From contig JAXMBQ010000009.1 in assembly GCA_046349815.1 (NCBI GenBank), positions 111,532 to 175,531 on the forward strand: a stretch of 64,000 bases of DNA, read 5' to 3'. Positions 43,810 through 54,914 of the stretch are shown one piece after another (the stretch's first letter is position 1; each line of letters starts with the position of its first letter). The position numbers and the translations under genes are program-made. The DNA is from Pirellulales bacterium. Lineage in GTDB: Bacteria > Planctomycetota > Planctomycetia > Pirellulales > Pirellulaceae. The notes beneath the pieces are model-generated. The model was not told the origin of the DNA. It searched no databases and worked only from the letters and a program-made list of their open reading frames with translations.

Positions 43810-44220
43810 TTTTCCTGGCAGCGTGAGCAGCCTTCTCTCGCACTCGCTGAACTGCAGGATTCGCTTCTGCGTCGGGCTCAAGGGTTTTCCCCGGCAAAGC
43901 TTCCTTGAGAATCGCCTTGTCGAGCTCAGCATCTGCGAGCCACTGCTTCAGCGCATGTTCTCGTTCTCGAGTTCTTGAACGCTTGGCCTCTTCGCTCTTC
44001 ATTCCGCCAGCGGGTGATGCGCCTGCTCACTGATTCCAGAGTCTGCAACACCGCTGCCAGATCCTTGCCGCTGTTCAGCGTGATATCCGTATCTCGCAGC
44101 TTTGCTCGGGTTCGTTTCAGCGCGTGCTTCTTTGGTGCCGCTTCTTCATTTCGGGTCTCTTTACTCGTTTCTGAGGCTCTAGATTCTCATATCAGCGGAT
44201 TGATAATGGGGAGCATTCCA
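43810..44220 (-). mobile_element. IS3 family (IS407-like) remnant: left end, orfA and start of orfB
   Basis: Minus strand reads MKKRH..KLRD..LNSGKDLAAVLQ..MKSEEAKR..LKQWLADAELDKAILKEAL, then GGGAAAAC slippage-like site and LSPT.KR. Terminus TGGAATGCTCCCC begins at 44220. No DDE core is seen. Confidence 0.8.
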
Positions 44221-44840
44221 TATCTGCATCGGACTGTTTAGTTCTGGCCGCAAGAGAATCGTGCGAAAGATGAAGAAGATTGGTATCTTGCTTGTCAAGC
44301 GTGCGGTTGCGGATGGAAGGCGAATGTTTTGCCGAGCTCCACTCACCGAGCATAGCGCTCTACCATCAACGGAACTCGGCTATCGGTGAAGCGGTGGGAA
44401 GCTTGCTGTGCAAGTAGAGCGTCACTTTGATCACCTTATCACAACGGCCAGCTACTTCGGGTGCGAAGAGACCAAGAAACGTACGAAGCCTGAAAGAGAA
44501 TTGTAATGAAAAAGAGCAAACGGAAGCCCTCGCTGCGAGATCACACAACAAGGCCAGTTGCCGATACGTACTAATGCACTTTACCTTGGGGACACGAGTC
44601 TGAACGTCTATCTTACTTATGACCAAGCAGTCCAGGCGGCAACGTGAATCTTCTGAAGAAGGCCGAATTGATAAAGGGCGTTGACGATATGCTGTACAGC
44701 TTTTGGACCAAGAAAGGTTCAACCAAACTTAACTTTGGTATCGTTGATGTTGTGCAAAGTGATCTACCTAGGCTTGGATTGATCGCGATTGTAATCGCGT
44801 TGAAATGGTAGAAGGCAAGGTTCGTCTAGCGGATTAACTC

Positions 44841-46660
44841 ATGGGCGCGCATTGAAAACCATAAGTACAGTATCAAGAAGTATTTCGTGAGTGTTTTTAC
44901 ATTTCGTCCCTGACTAAAGGAGAGCATGTCTGGACCGATATGAAGTGCAGCAACTGCTTGACGATGTCACTGGAGTGATTGATGCGGTTTGTGATAAAGA
45001 GTATTCTGTCGGTATGGTACTTATTTCTGGGGATCAAAAGAACCATTTTGAACTGATCGACGGCCAACAAAGATTGACTACTTTACTTGCTGCTTTTGCG
45101 CACTACGGAACCGGTTCAAAGGTTTGGTTACAGCATGAAACGATTAATGGATCAATTTTAACTAACTACACTTCAAGCGAAGGTGACATAAAAACGAGCT
45201 GAAGCTTGAACCACGATACGAGAATGCCGATGAACTGATGCGATGTATCGTTGATAAAGATGAAGAACCTATTGGCTCCGCCCTTGCTGTACAAGAAGCA
45301 GGCATCACTCAGTTCGGCTCTCTTGATAACTTGCTTTCTGCCTGCGGAACGATCTATCGGTACTTGCTCGACAACTACGAAGATGTACGCCGCAAGGCTT
45401 TGGGGATATCTGCTAACAACGTCGTCTTCATTCAGATCTCCATCGACGCAAGCAAAGCGCTGAAGATCTTTGAAACGATTAACGAGCGGGGCGTTGGCCT
45501 CAATCCAATGGACTTGCTCAAGAATCCCCTGTTCACGCAAGTCGATCAGAAGACTTACGAAGCTTAAGAACGATTGAAGAAGATTACCGGCTCCGCTGGA
45601 GAAGGCCAAAGGAGAAACCGCTTCGATTCCTTCGTACTTCCTGATGGCTAATTTCAGGATCACAAACAAAGACTCGGTGGTTCGGAGTGACCAGATCTAT
45701 GATTGGTTTGTGGATCAAGATAATGCCAAGCTGTGCGAGTACAAAGAAAAGCTGCGTTTTGAGTTTGTCCGAAAGATCCATCGCAACGTTGAACACTACT
45801 TGGCGTTTTCCGATGGCAAGGGCAACGATGGCCAGTCGAATACCCACGTCAAATTTGAAATCCACGTGTGGTGGAGCTTTCAGTCTCCACTATGTTTTGC
45901 TACTCGCTACTGCCAATTTTGCCGAAGCGCCGTTCGACCACTTCGTTGCACAGCTTGAGAGCTTCCTGTTCTACTACATCTACACCAAAACTCCTACCAA
46001 GGAACTGAACGCAGCTTTCGCAATGGGCTGACGAACTGCGAGATTGCAAGCCTTCGAAAGATGCGCAGGCCCAGAAATCAAGATTGAACGAATTTATAGA
46101 CACCCGGATTGAGCAAGCATCAGAGCAAAAAAGTCCTTGAACTTACGGACGCCCTTAAAACGCCACACGATCCGATCAATGCAGCAGTACCGAACTCGCT
46201 ACTTGCTTTCGCCAAGATTTCCCACGTGGACATGGCGTTAAGGGCCTAACCACTGCGTGTTCCTTTAACGACTACTTCGAGTTCGGACATTGAAATTATT
46301 TGCCGAATAGTCCTTTGCTGAGCTCCAACTTCACCAAATGCAGCCTTGTGAGCGGACTATGACGATTACAAAAATCGCCTTGGTAACTTTACGCTGTTAG
46401 AGAAAAACCGATCAATATCGTCGCCAGCAACGGCTTCTTCGAGGAAAAGAAACTGGAGTATAAGAAGTGCAGCCATCATCTTACCAGCAGCATTGCAGAA
46501 TTGACGGTCGTTGGTCAAAACAGCAGCATCAACAGAATAAACGTTCAACTCAAAGCTTTCGAGACTTGGGATGCGAAGTCAATTGATGATCGGCAGTCGA
46601 TGCTAATTGAGCTGCCAAGTTGGTGTGGAAGACTCGTCTATCGAGCAAGCTTGAAGTTAC
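44841..46660 (+). CDS. DUF262 + DUF1524 (HNH) protein, GmrSD/SspE-like (frameshifted)
   Basis: RIENHKYS..RE.VWT, ELIDGQQRLTT, FETINERG..LNPMDLLKN, RLGN.TLLEK..N..ASN. Confidence 0.85.
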
Positions 46661-46804
46661 GTTTACGCTCATCAGAAGGCCGAATTTTAGTCGGGCTTTG
46701 ACGAGTTTATGAATGACTAGCTTTTTGGCCATCTGATTGATTCGATTGAAGATTAGGTCTGTGAACCAAGGCGATGCTTTTGAGAGGCGTGCGGAGTTTA
46801 GGCG

Positions 46805-48035
46805 ATGACCACTGTAACGACATATGGATGCTCTTGCACAGCGCTATTATTTACATCAGATTCGAAGTGCCTGCTACTGGCCGTTCAAAAAGACATATCG
46901 TCCGACGTTTGGTCGTTGGAAATCATCGACGATGGCCTTCGACGTGCAGCTTCGGGGGACGGCGGTGAAGTCTTCCAGTATAAGCATTCGCTCACCAAAG
47001 TCGCAAAGCTGACTGACAAATCAGTCGATCTGTGGAAGACTTTGCGAGTATGGTCAAGTCAGATCCATGCGGGTCGGCTTTACGGATCCCGAAAAACACA
47101 GTATTCTCGCTCGTGATTACTACGGGGACTGCTGTTCCTGGCTCGGCAATTTCACTACTGCGATGTGAAAAACGAGTACCAGAGATTGCACGCCAGCGCG
47201 TATTGAACAAGCGGGAGCCGAATCAAGTAACCGCATCGTCAAAAGTTGCTTCTGACGCACGATAAATTGAAGGTCAGTGTGCAAGAAAACTGCTATTCAG
47301 AAACATGTTCCTTCTAGACGGATCACCTGACATCGCGACGTCTCGAAAATATATAGAACGTGAATCCGCGTTACGTAGTGAACGAACCACAGCGAGAGCT
47401 TTCAAGCTTCACAGATCGTCTGGAGGGCTGGTGGTTTAGGACAGCAATTGAACATCTATCTGACGAATCGAGTCTTGCATTGAAGTGAGTCTGGTCCACC
47501 AGAAAATCAGAGAGCTGGCAGATCAGTTTAAGCGAGACAATCTTCCCGATGACCTCCTTGACGCCCTCGTGCCATCTGAGAGCGCTGAAGCTTGAAGATG
47601 GCAAGAGATTCGCCGCTGAACTACGAAGGATCATCACCGGCAATCGTCACTGATTCGATTGCGTTACCAAGACGATCACTATCGAGCTTTTGAACAGCGT
47701 TCGGGTGATGGTACGTGACAATTTTGAAATCAATGAAGAGTCTGCATACGAACGTGGTAGATTGTTGCGTGAATGGGTTGGGCAAGGCTTCCATTGCGAT
47801 GGATGGATGGGAGAAGTTGAGTAGAGCCAGAAAAGATTGCTCTAGACTGACATCTACCAGTGGGTTCAGGATGGCGTCTGCGAGTAGTCCCGCTTTTATT
47901 CGCAGCAGATTTGCTTCGAGCTACTTGCCAAGAGGATCTTTTCATATGTTAGTAGACAAGGAGCGGTTTAGGTGGCATCCTGATGATGCAGCGAGGTTCC
48001 TCGACAAGTTTTTGGAGCCATCCGAACATGCTTGA
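46805..48035 (+). CDS. ABC-three-component/Lamassu effector: Cap4/DUF4297-like PD-(D/E)xK nuclease + C-terminal domain (frameshifted)
   Basis: YLHQIR.ALL, SLEIIDD, FQYKH, LTDKSVDLWKTLRVW, RLEGWWF, C-terminal RGSFHMLVD..RWHPD. Confidence 0.8.
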
Positions 48036-48512
48036 ACTCTGGCCGGAAAGATCAGAAGCTGTTGCTAACCTACTGAATCCCGCATCTGTCGGTGCTAGCA
48101 CTCAGAAGAGCGATTATTGGTTATGAGTCGGTGACACACACCGGAATGCCATTCCTTCTTGCACCGTTGGTCCCAGCTTTGTACTTCATGCGGGCACCGT
48201 GAAAGACTTCCCACGATCAGGACATCGTTTGCATCCTGGTTGCAGGAGCATAGGAACTGGCTGTCGAGCTGCCGCAAGCGCATTAGCGAGCCAGTACCGT
48301 ATACCAAGCGAATCCATACTGTTTGCGCGCGCACTTCAGCAATCACTCGGCGAATGGTATCATTACATAATGGACTGTGCCAAGATGATTGGGAAATCGA
48401 AGTTCCCACGACTGTCGTCAGAAATCAACGAATGCTGGCGTCAGAGCGAGTTTGCTACGATGGTTACAGTTGGTCTGTTGAAACTATTTATGCACTGTGA
48501 ATCGCACCATGA
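48028..48512 (+). CDS. ABC-three-component middle component (DUF6521-like, LmuC equivalent; frameshifted)
   Basis: MLELWPERSEAVANLLNPA, RERLPTIRTSFASW; overlaps both neighbours. Confidence 0.7.
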
Positions 48513-50427
48513 GCTTTCAGATTTTGAGATTGCAGTCTTCAATCGAGATGGCGAGCGAAGTTTTGTACGATTGAAGCCGGACGTGTGAACGTAATCACCG
48601 GGGGCTCAAAGACTGCAATCTAAAAATCATCGATATCGTAGACTACTGCCCGAAAGACTGATCACGTTGCCTCACGCATGACAGCAGTGTGAGCTTAGCG
48701 CATTGTTGCTTCAGACGCGAATCGCTTCGTTTTGATTTCACGTCCCATTCCGCCCGAAGATCAGAAGACGGGCACCGACGTTTTCTTTCGCCGGTAACGA
48801 CAGATACAATCCCAAACATTGAGGACATGAAGCCGAATCGAATGTTCGGGCCTTGGGGGCTTACCTCACCGTGGAAGTGGTGGGAATCACTCCGAACGAA
48901 AACATTCCGCCGACCGGGCATTCAACTCCGCCTGTTCGAGCCACCATCGACCAAACTCGCTTCTATCTCTATCAAGACCAAAACCGGGTGTCTGACAAGA
49001 AGTTGCTCTTCTATCGGCAGGAGGAGCCCTGGCACCGAGAATGATACAAGACACGCTTCCTTACTTAGGCAGTCGGTGATGATCAACTCGACTGGTGCAG
49101 CTTCGACTACAACGCAAAAGCCTGGCGTGACCCGACGTTGATAGAACGGAAGATCGAAGAATGAAGAATCCATAAAAGGGCGAGATAACCCCACGGGTGA
49201 CCTTCTTATCGCTGAGGCAACCGTTGGTGTCCTGGCGAATCCAAATAAGCCAAGTGATTTTGACGTGGCGATTGAGGTTCTTCGTGAGTGTTTGAAGTGG
49301 AAGCCTTATCAACAATAAATCGATGCCGAAGGAGAACTAAAAACTTAGTTGAGCAGCGAGATTTTTTGCAAGATAGGCTGCGTCAAATCAAAAGTGACGC
49401 AGGCAGCCAGAGCCTTCAGTATGATCAGATAGATATTCATCGGAGGCGACAGAGCAACGTAATCGTCTGGCGTCCATTACTTGTACAAGAAAGCGGGAAG
49501 GAACATACTAGTTCGCCTGGGTAACTCCGATCTTGCGAAGATCATTCCAACCGTTGATGAGATCAACCAATCGTTGATTCAGTTGACCGTCAATTGCAAA
49601 CGGTGAGTCGCCAGCGTCCACGGTTGGACGAGTACATAAACGCCAAAGAGAACGAAGCTTCAGATGCTCCGTCGTCAAGTCGTCGGGATCAAAGCTGCAA
49701 TTGACGCAGTGATTATGCGCGAGGAATTGCAAAGGATGCGAAGCGACGAGGTGAATCGTTGTGAGCTGCCGGCAGAATAAGTTTATTCCTGAAAGCGGTG
49801 ATGGCGGTCAGTGAATCAGCTGAACTGAAGCAGAAGCTGCTAGATGCACAAGAGAAAAGTTCAGAGTCTGAGAAAAGTCTTCAAAAGAGCGAACGGATGA
49901 GAAGCTGGAGTCGGTAATCTTTAAGATTATTGGTGACAACACCACCAATGGTCCCGGCAGCTTGATTTGGAGCACTCTGAAACCCCTTGTGTTTGACATC
50001 AGCTGCCTGACTGTTGTGTCTCACCGAGATACTGGTCCAATTCCGCTTTCACAAATGGGTAGTGGCGGAAACTGGGTCGGTTATCACCCTCACTGCGATC
50101 CTGGCATTGCACAAGTGGTTCGTAACGAAGGGGCGACCGACTCCTAGCTTCCCGTTGATTGACCAACTCCGCACAGTATTACTTTCCTACCGAATACGGA
50201 AAGAGTCTGACATCAGCCAACTAAACGACGAAGATCTTAGACGCCGTCGCAAGAATGTTCAAGTTCATTTTCGAAGTTAGCTCAAGTCGATGGACGGCAA
50301 GTTCCAAGTCATTATCACTGAGCACGCCGACTTGCAGGACGAGTGGTACTGGTGGAAGCCGTCATTCTTCGCTGGCGTGGTGATGACAAGGTTGATTCCC
50401 CGGTACCGGGTACGACAAGCGAGATGA
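48509..50427 (+). CDS. SMC-like ABC ATPase with DUF3732 (LmuB equivalent; heavily frameshifted)
   Basis: MSFQI..VNVITGGSKT (degenerate Walker A), IVDYC, LYQDQNRVSDKKLLFYRQ, coiled coil, IPLSQMGSGGNWVGYH, LHKWF, FQVIITEHA, KLIP. Confidence 0.8.
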
Positions 50428-52232
50428 GCGATAACAAAGACACGTCAGCGGAAGGCAGCGACAGTGAGCGACTTGAAGACAAGACGAATTCAGACGCTCT
50501 CGACGACAAAGACGAGGATGAAGACTATTTCTTGTCTGACTTATTGATGGCAGTGATACCGGATCAACGTCTTGAGGATGTTGGGCAACCGATTCACGTG
50601 CTAGGGGGATTTTGTGTGAGTACCTAGAAAACGTACCGTCTTCCCTGATACCAAACGTATTTCTTCATTATCCACCAAGTTGGTGGGATCTCGATTGGCC
50701 AGCAATCGCCAATTCGAAGGACGGTCGAACTTATGTCTTGCATGACTACACGAAGAGCTTGGATACAAGAAAGCGATCCAAGTGGTTGGCGTCACGTGCC
50801 GAACGAGCAATCAAAGAGATCCGGAGTGGGCTACTTCTGCCGGTGGTGTTTTACGTGACGGTTTAACGCTGAAGATCTTCAACCAGGAAATTCGCAACGC
50901 TTGACTTTCGCAGAATCACTAGCCCAGATAGTGCCGATGATCGATTGCTCATCTTGCAAACTATATGGACCGGAAAACTCAGCCCCTGTTGCAATTGCGA
51001 CGGGGGATTTTGGTGATGGAACTCCGTGCGGGGCCGCTGGTATTGGTGTGATCGGACTTTGGGAGCGAGTTATGTCTGGAGAATCCGCAAGACGAATTAA
51101 ACAAGAAGTACCGTGAAGCACTGTGGAACTCACTGCTTCCCAAGAATCGCCTTCCGAAGCCATTCGGGCTGTCATTGTCAGGCGGAAGAATTTCTTTTAC
51201 TCATGCTGTGATTTTTCGAAATTGTGAATACATTAATTGCAGATAATATAGTTGCGAAAAATGGCAGAAATTGTCGTCGGTATCCGAAGCATTAGAGACT
51301 TCCAAAACCGATGCACTGCTTGGAGAGTACACTTCGCTTTCTGTGTCGCATCTGCTCGGTGGATTGATAAGGCAAAAAGGATATGGAAAAGTACAACGAA
51401 GAATTGGATATGTGTTCTACACCAGATATGAGAAATACCTCCACAGATTTTGCACGGTTAGATGAATTGTGCGACGATCATTCAGATTTGATCTCTGGCT
51501 GTCAAAATGAGGGAAAACACTGTTGCAACCGATGCAGATGTTTTAGTCAGGTTTATTGGTGTAAATTGTTTGAAAAGGGCGGTATTCATCCAAGATCTAC
51601 ATCACTCATCCCCGCCCCGGCCTCCCGAAGAGCCCAAGCCTACAGTTTCTCTAGAAACGAATCGCAAGTATGTTTGACCAATTGAGCTTCGTTGGTGTTC
51701 AGCCAAACATTCGAGAACTTATTCGCAACAGCTCTACGGGATGAGTGGGTACCAGAGGTTAACGTTCAAAATGGTGTGCCAAGTCTCATATGCGTCTCGG
51801 AAAATAAAGCATGGTAGTAAGATTCGCCTTTGGCCGTTCGTCGTACTTTTGGTTCACTAGATTCGATTAAACCCTTCGGTGCCAATGCTACGTTGTTCTT
51901 GGTATGAGCTGCCAAATACTTTGGCGCTTGCTATTCCGTTTCGAGTCACCAGTCTTTTAAACAAAGCAGACATCAGTGGCTTACCAAAGGTTACTTTCGG
52001 CCTCCTTCGCCATAATTCCGGTATTGCCTCTGTAGGGCGACACTTAGAAATCCCTGATTTTGGGTATCCCAATCGGCTGAGGCAACACGAAGTCCACTTC
52101 TACCTGTCGCCGAACAGGCATATCGAATCAGAGCAGACAAAAGAGCGCTTCGCAAGAAGAGCTGGCAGCGAACATGACGGTTACATTTTTCAGCGAACGC
52201 CGTTCTTCATGGAGCGACGTCATTTCTGCTGA
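50424..52232 (+). CDS. Hypothetical protein, about 600 codons when fragments are joined; acidic N-terminus
   Basis: Consecutive + strand ORF fragments (50424-50627, 50612-50866, 50901-51116, 51271-51685, 51879-52232) that join by single-base shifts; the ATG overlaps the upstream TGA. Confidence 0.5.
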
Positions 52233-52561
52233 TCGAAGCGATCTGGTGCGGCCGATCCGCTACCCAACTCTGTACTGCATCAAGCGATCCAGGGGAATCG
52301 CCGCACTTGCGTCAAGCGATGGACGTCCGTAACGGGGATAAGCTCGGTTTTCGATAAACCGGATGGATCAGGTGACTACGACTCGGATCGGCGGCATCAA
52401 GATCGGTACGCTTTGGCTTTACGGGCGGCTAACCACGGCAAAACGCTCTCGAGGTCCTATTTCGGCATCGAACCGCATGAGGTCTCGTCGCAACAGGATG
52501 GCTCTTTGAAGAACATCGCTGCGTATTGATCTAGGTGCTTGGCCAGAAAACAATCTATTTA

Positions 52562-53151
52562 TTAGACCGCAGTTGTCGAACGGGATCGGGAGCTCATGGG
52601 AACTGACTTTGCCTGCCAGTAGGGCATCAGAGCGAGTGCTTGCGCATCGCGATTTGCATTGGTGACGGGCTCGCCGACCAGTTCCGCGACGATTCGATAC
52701 TCTTTCGCTGTGAGATCGATCGACTCGCCTGTTTCCGAGTCGGTGAATTTGCGAACGGGATACGCAGTGCATAAGTGCCCCGGCGGGCAGCGGCACAACG
52801 AATGGATCGAGACGCCCGGCCACTGCATCGAATAGACAAGCGTCTGGGTCTTGGCCTTCGCTCAGAGCGATTAGCTGCCGCCGTCGGATGGTGCGATCGG
52901 CCGTTGGCCAGCGAGCTCCTGAGGTTCACGTTCAGGTCCTTGTCACCGACGTTCTCAAGTATCACTTCGCAAACAGGCGGCCTTTCTCTATCTTTCTCGG
53001 CCTCGGGGAGCGAAGACGAATACGCAGTCCTTCCACCGCTTGCAATTTCAGATCGCTCGTCGCCATCGTCGGCACGGCTCCATGCTGATGCGCACACCAG
53101 CAGCATGCCAGAGCACCAAAGGCTCGGATCGGATTGGGATAGTAGCGGCAT
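52562..53151 (-). CDS. Hypothetical secreted protein (frameshifted)
   Basis: Signal-like N-terminus, EVILENVGDKDLNVNL, C-terminal part in 52562..52828. Confidence 0.5.
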
Positions 53152-53390
53152 AATGAAAGAACTCCGGCGGAAATGATGCTCTCGTGCCGCTGCCCGGCGC
53201 GGGCATCCTCACCTAGAGACGCCTACAAGACAAGCTGAGTTTCCAATTCTCCGGCTTTCTCCGGAATTCGCCGAGCCGCGGTCGTTGATTCACCCGACGC
53301 GATCCAGTTCTCCATGCGGGACACCTTTCATTAGCGTCGATCAGCGCCGATTAGTGTTCTCTAAAAACGATCTGCATAACCTCATCCACA

Positions 53391-54692
53391 TTACGGTTCG
53401 ATCTTCTGATTGCAGACACCTTGCGATCCGGCGGGAAAAAGATTGCCCGAGAAGCGCAAGCCGCGCGGCGCATTGTCTCCGTGTTCGATGACTACCGCGT
53501 AGGCATAATCGGGCTGGTCTCCGACGTGGATGAGATTGCCTTGGATCAAAACATCACGCAGCGGAGGATCCTCTGCGTGTTGACCGCGATCAAATTTGAA
53601 CGGAGCTCGTTCTCGCCCCCAAATCCAAGCGGCATGTCCTTTACCGAAATCGGAAATGAGGTTGTTCGCAATGATCGATCCTCCGTCGCTGTTGCCTTCG
53701 GCCGAAGCCGCTCCCGGCATCAGTCCGATCGACCACAGCGTGTTGCCGATAAACTGATTCCCGATAATCAACACGTTGCGTGACCCATGCATGGCTTTCA
53801 TCCCCATAAAGCTGTTGGAGATGATGTTGCCGCTGACGATCGCATGATCGCAGTGCAAGTCGATACCTTGAGCTGCGTTCTCGATTTGATTGTTCACAAT
53901 GCGAGTCCGATCGGATTCAGTCGGCGATGTGACAACGATGGCAGAACCTTGCTGCCAATTGTCGCTGAAGCCGTGATCCCAAACCGACTGAGCGACCAGC
54001 TTGCCTTTCACTTCGTTCTTCTTGACCCATTCGCCGAGCCGATGCTTTTTCTGAAGTTCCGGCGTCGGTAACAGATCGCTTTCCAAGATCGTGTTGGCTT
54101 CGATCAATGTGCCGACACAGCGTCCGACGTTGATGCCGCTGCCGTCGGTACATTGAAATGCATAACCGTAATCCGTGTTCGCCGTACGATCGTCGATCGA
54201 CACTCGCATGTAGTTGCGAATCAAGCAGTGACTGACTCGAGCATCGCGGCAATCGCGTAGTACAATCGCCCCCGATCGAGTCCTGTTGTTCACCACTTTG
54301 ACATCTTCGATCCGCAGGTGATCGCACTTGATCGCAAGCACACCCTCGTTTCCCGTTTCGTCGGCGTCCGCAGGTCGAGTAAGTGTCAGTCCACGGATCT
54401 CGGCGTCGGCTGCGTTTTCAATTTCGATGATCGGTTGGTCGTTCTTTTTCTGAATGATTCGGCCCGGCCCATATAAACCGCAGCCGCGTCCGCGCAGCCG
54501 AATCTTCTCCTCGATGACGTGATCGCCGGCAGGAACGAACACTAAGCGTCCGGGGTTGGCATCCACAGCCGCTTGAATCGAACTGAACGCGGCAGCCGAC
54601 GGTTCCTGAGCGCAACAGATGGGCATGGAGCCGATCCAAACCAAAATGGCAACCCGAAATCCTCGTATCATGAATGCGCCTTCGATCCTCAT
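53391..54692 (-). CDS. Secreted right-handed parallel beta-helix protein (pectin lyase fold)
   Basis: SIQAAVDA..VFVPAGDH and repeated I.GN.I/N..GI units. Confidence 0.85.
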   Translation of the reverse strand: MRIEGAFMIRGFRVAILVWIGSMPICCAQEPSAAAFSSIQAAVDANPGRLVFVPAGDHVIEEKIRLRGRGCGLYGPGRIIQKKNDQPIIEIENAADAEIRGLTLTRPADADETGNEGVLAIKCDHLRIEDVKVVNNRTRSGAIVLRDCRDARVSHCLIRNYMRVSIDDRTANTDYGYAFQCTDGSGINVGRCVGTLIEANTILESDLLPTPELQKKHRLGEWVKKNEVKGKLVAQSVWDHGFSDNWQQGSAIVVTSPTESDRTRIVNNQIENAAQGIDLHCDHAIVSGNIISNSFMGMKAMHGSRNVLIIGNQFIGNTLWSIGLMPGAASAEGNSDGGSIIANNLISDFGKGHAAWIWGRERAPFKFDRGQHAEDPPLRDVLIQGNLIHVGDQPDYAYAVVIEHGDNAPRGLRFSGNLFPAGSQGVCNQKIEP

Positions 54693-54914
54693 GTCTTTAA
54701 TCTAGTCCTCAGCTCATTCCAATGTAGTTGAAACAGTGGCGGGCACTTCGAGCCGCATCGAGGTTATCCGCAGATTGCACCGATGTACGCAGATTGAAAA
54801 CGACTCTGCCGTCGGCTAACATCTTCGCGTTACCGATGTGACCGTTGCGGACTTCAAGCAGCCATCGGACAGCGACTTTACTGGTGATTTCGTCCAACTC
54901 ATTCGGATCCACTC

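Noticed and set aside
44841-46660. Complete Ssp/Dnd phosphorothioation system
   Set aside because: No cysteine desulfurase, PAPS-reductase-like or sspBCD genes are recognisable in the window.
52233-52560. attR direct repeat or recognisable gene remnant at the island's right border
   Set aside because: No copy of the tRNA 3' end was found, and the short open frame could not be assigned.
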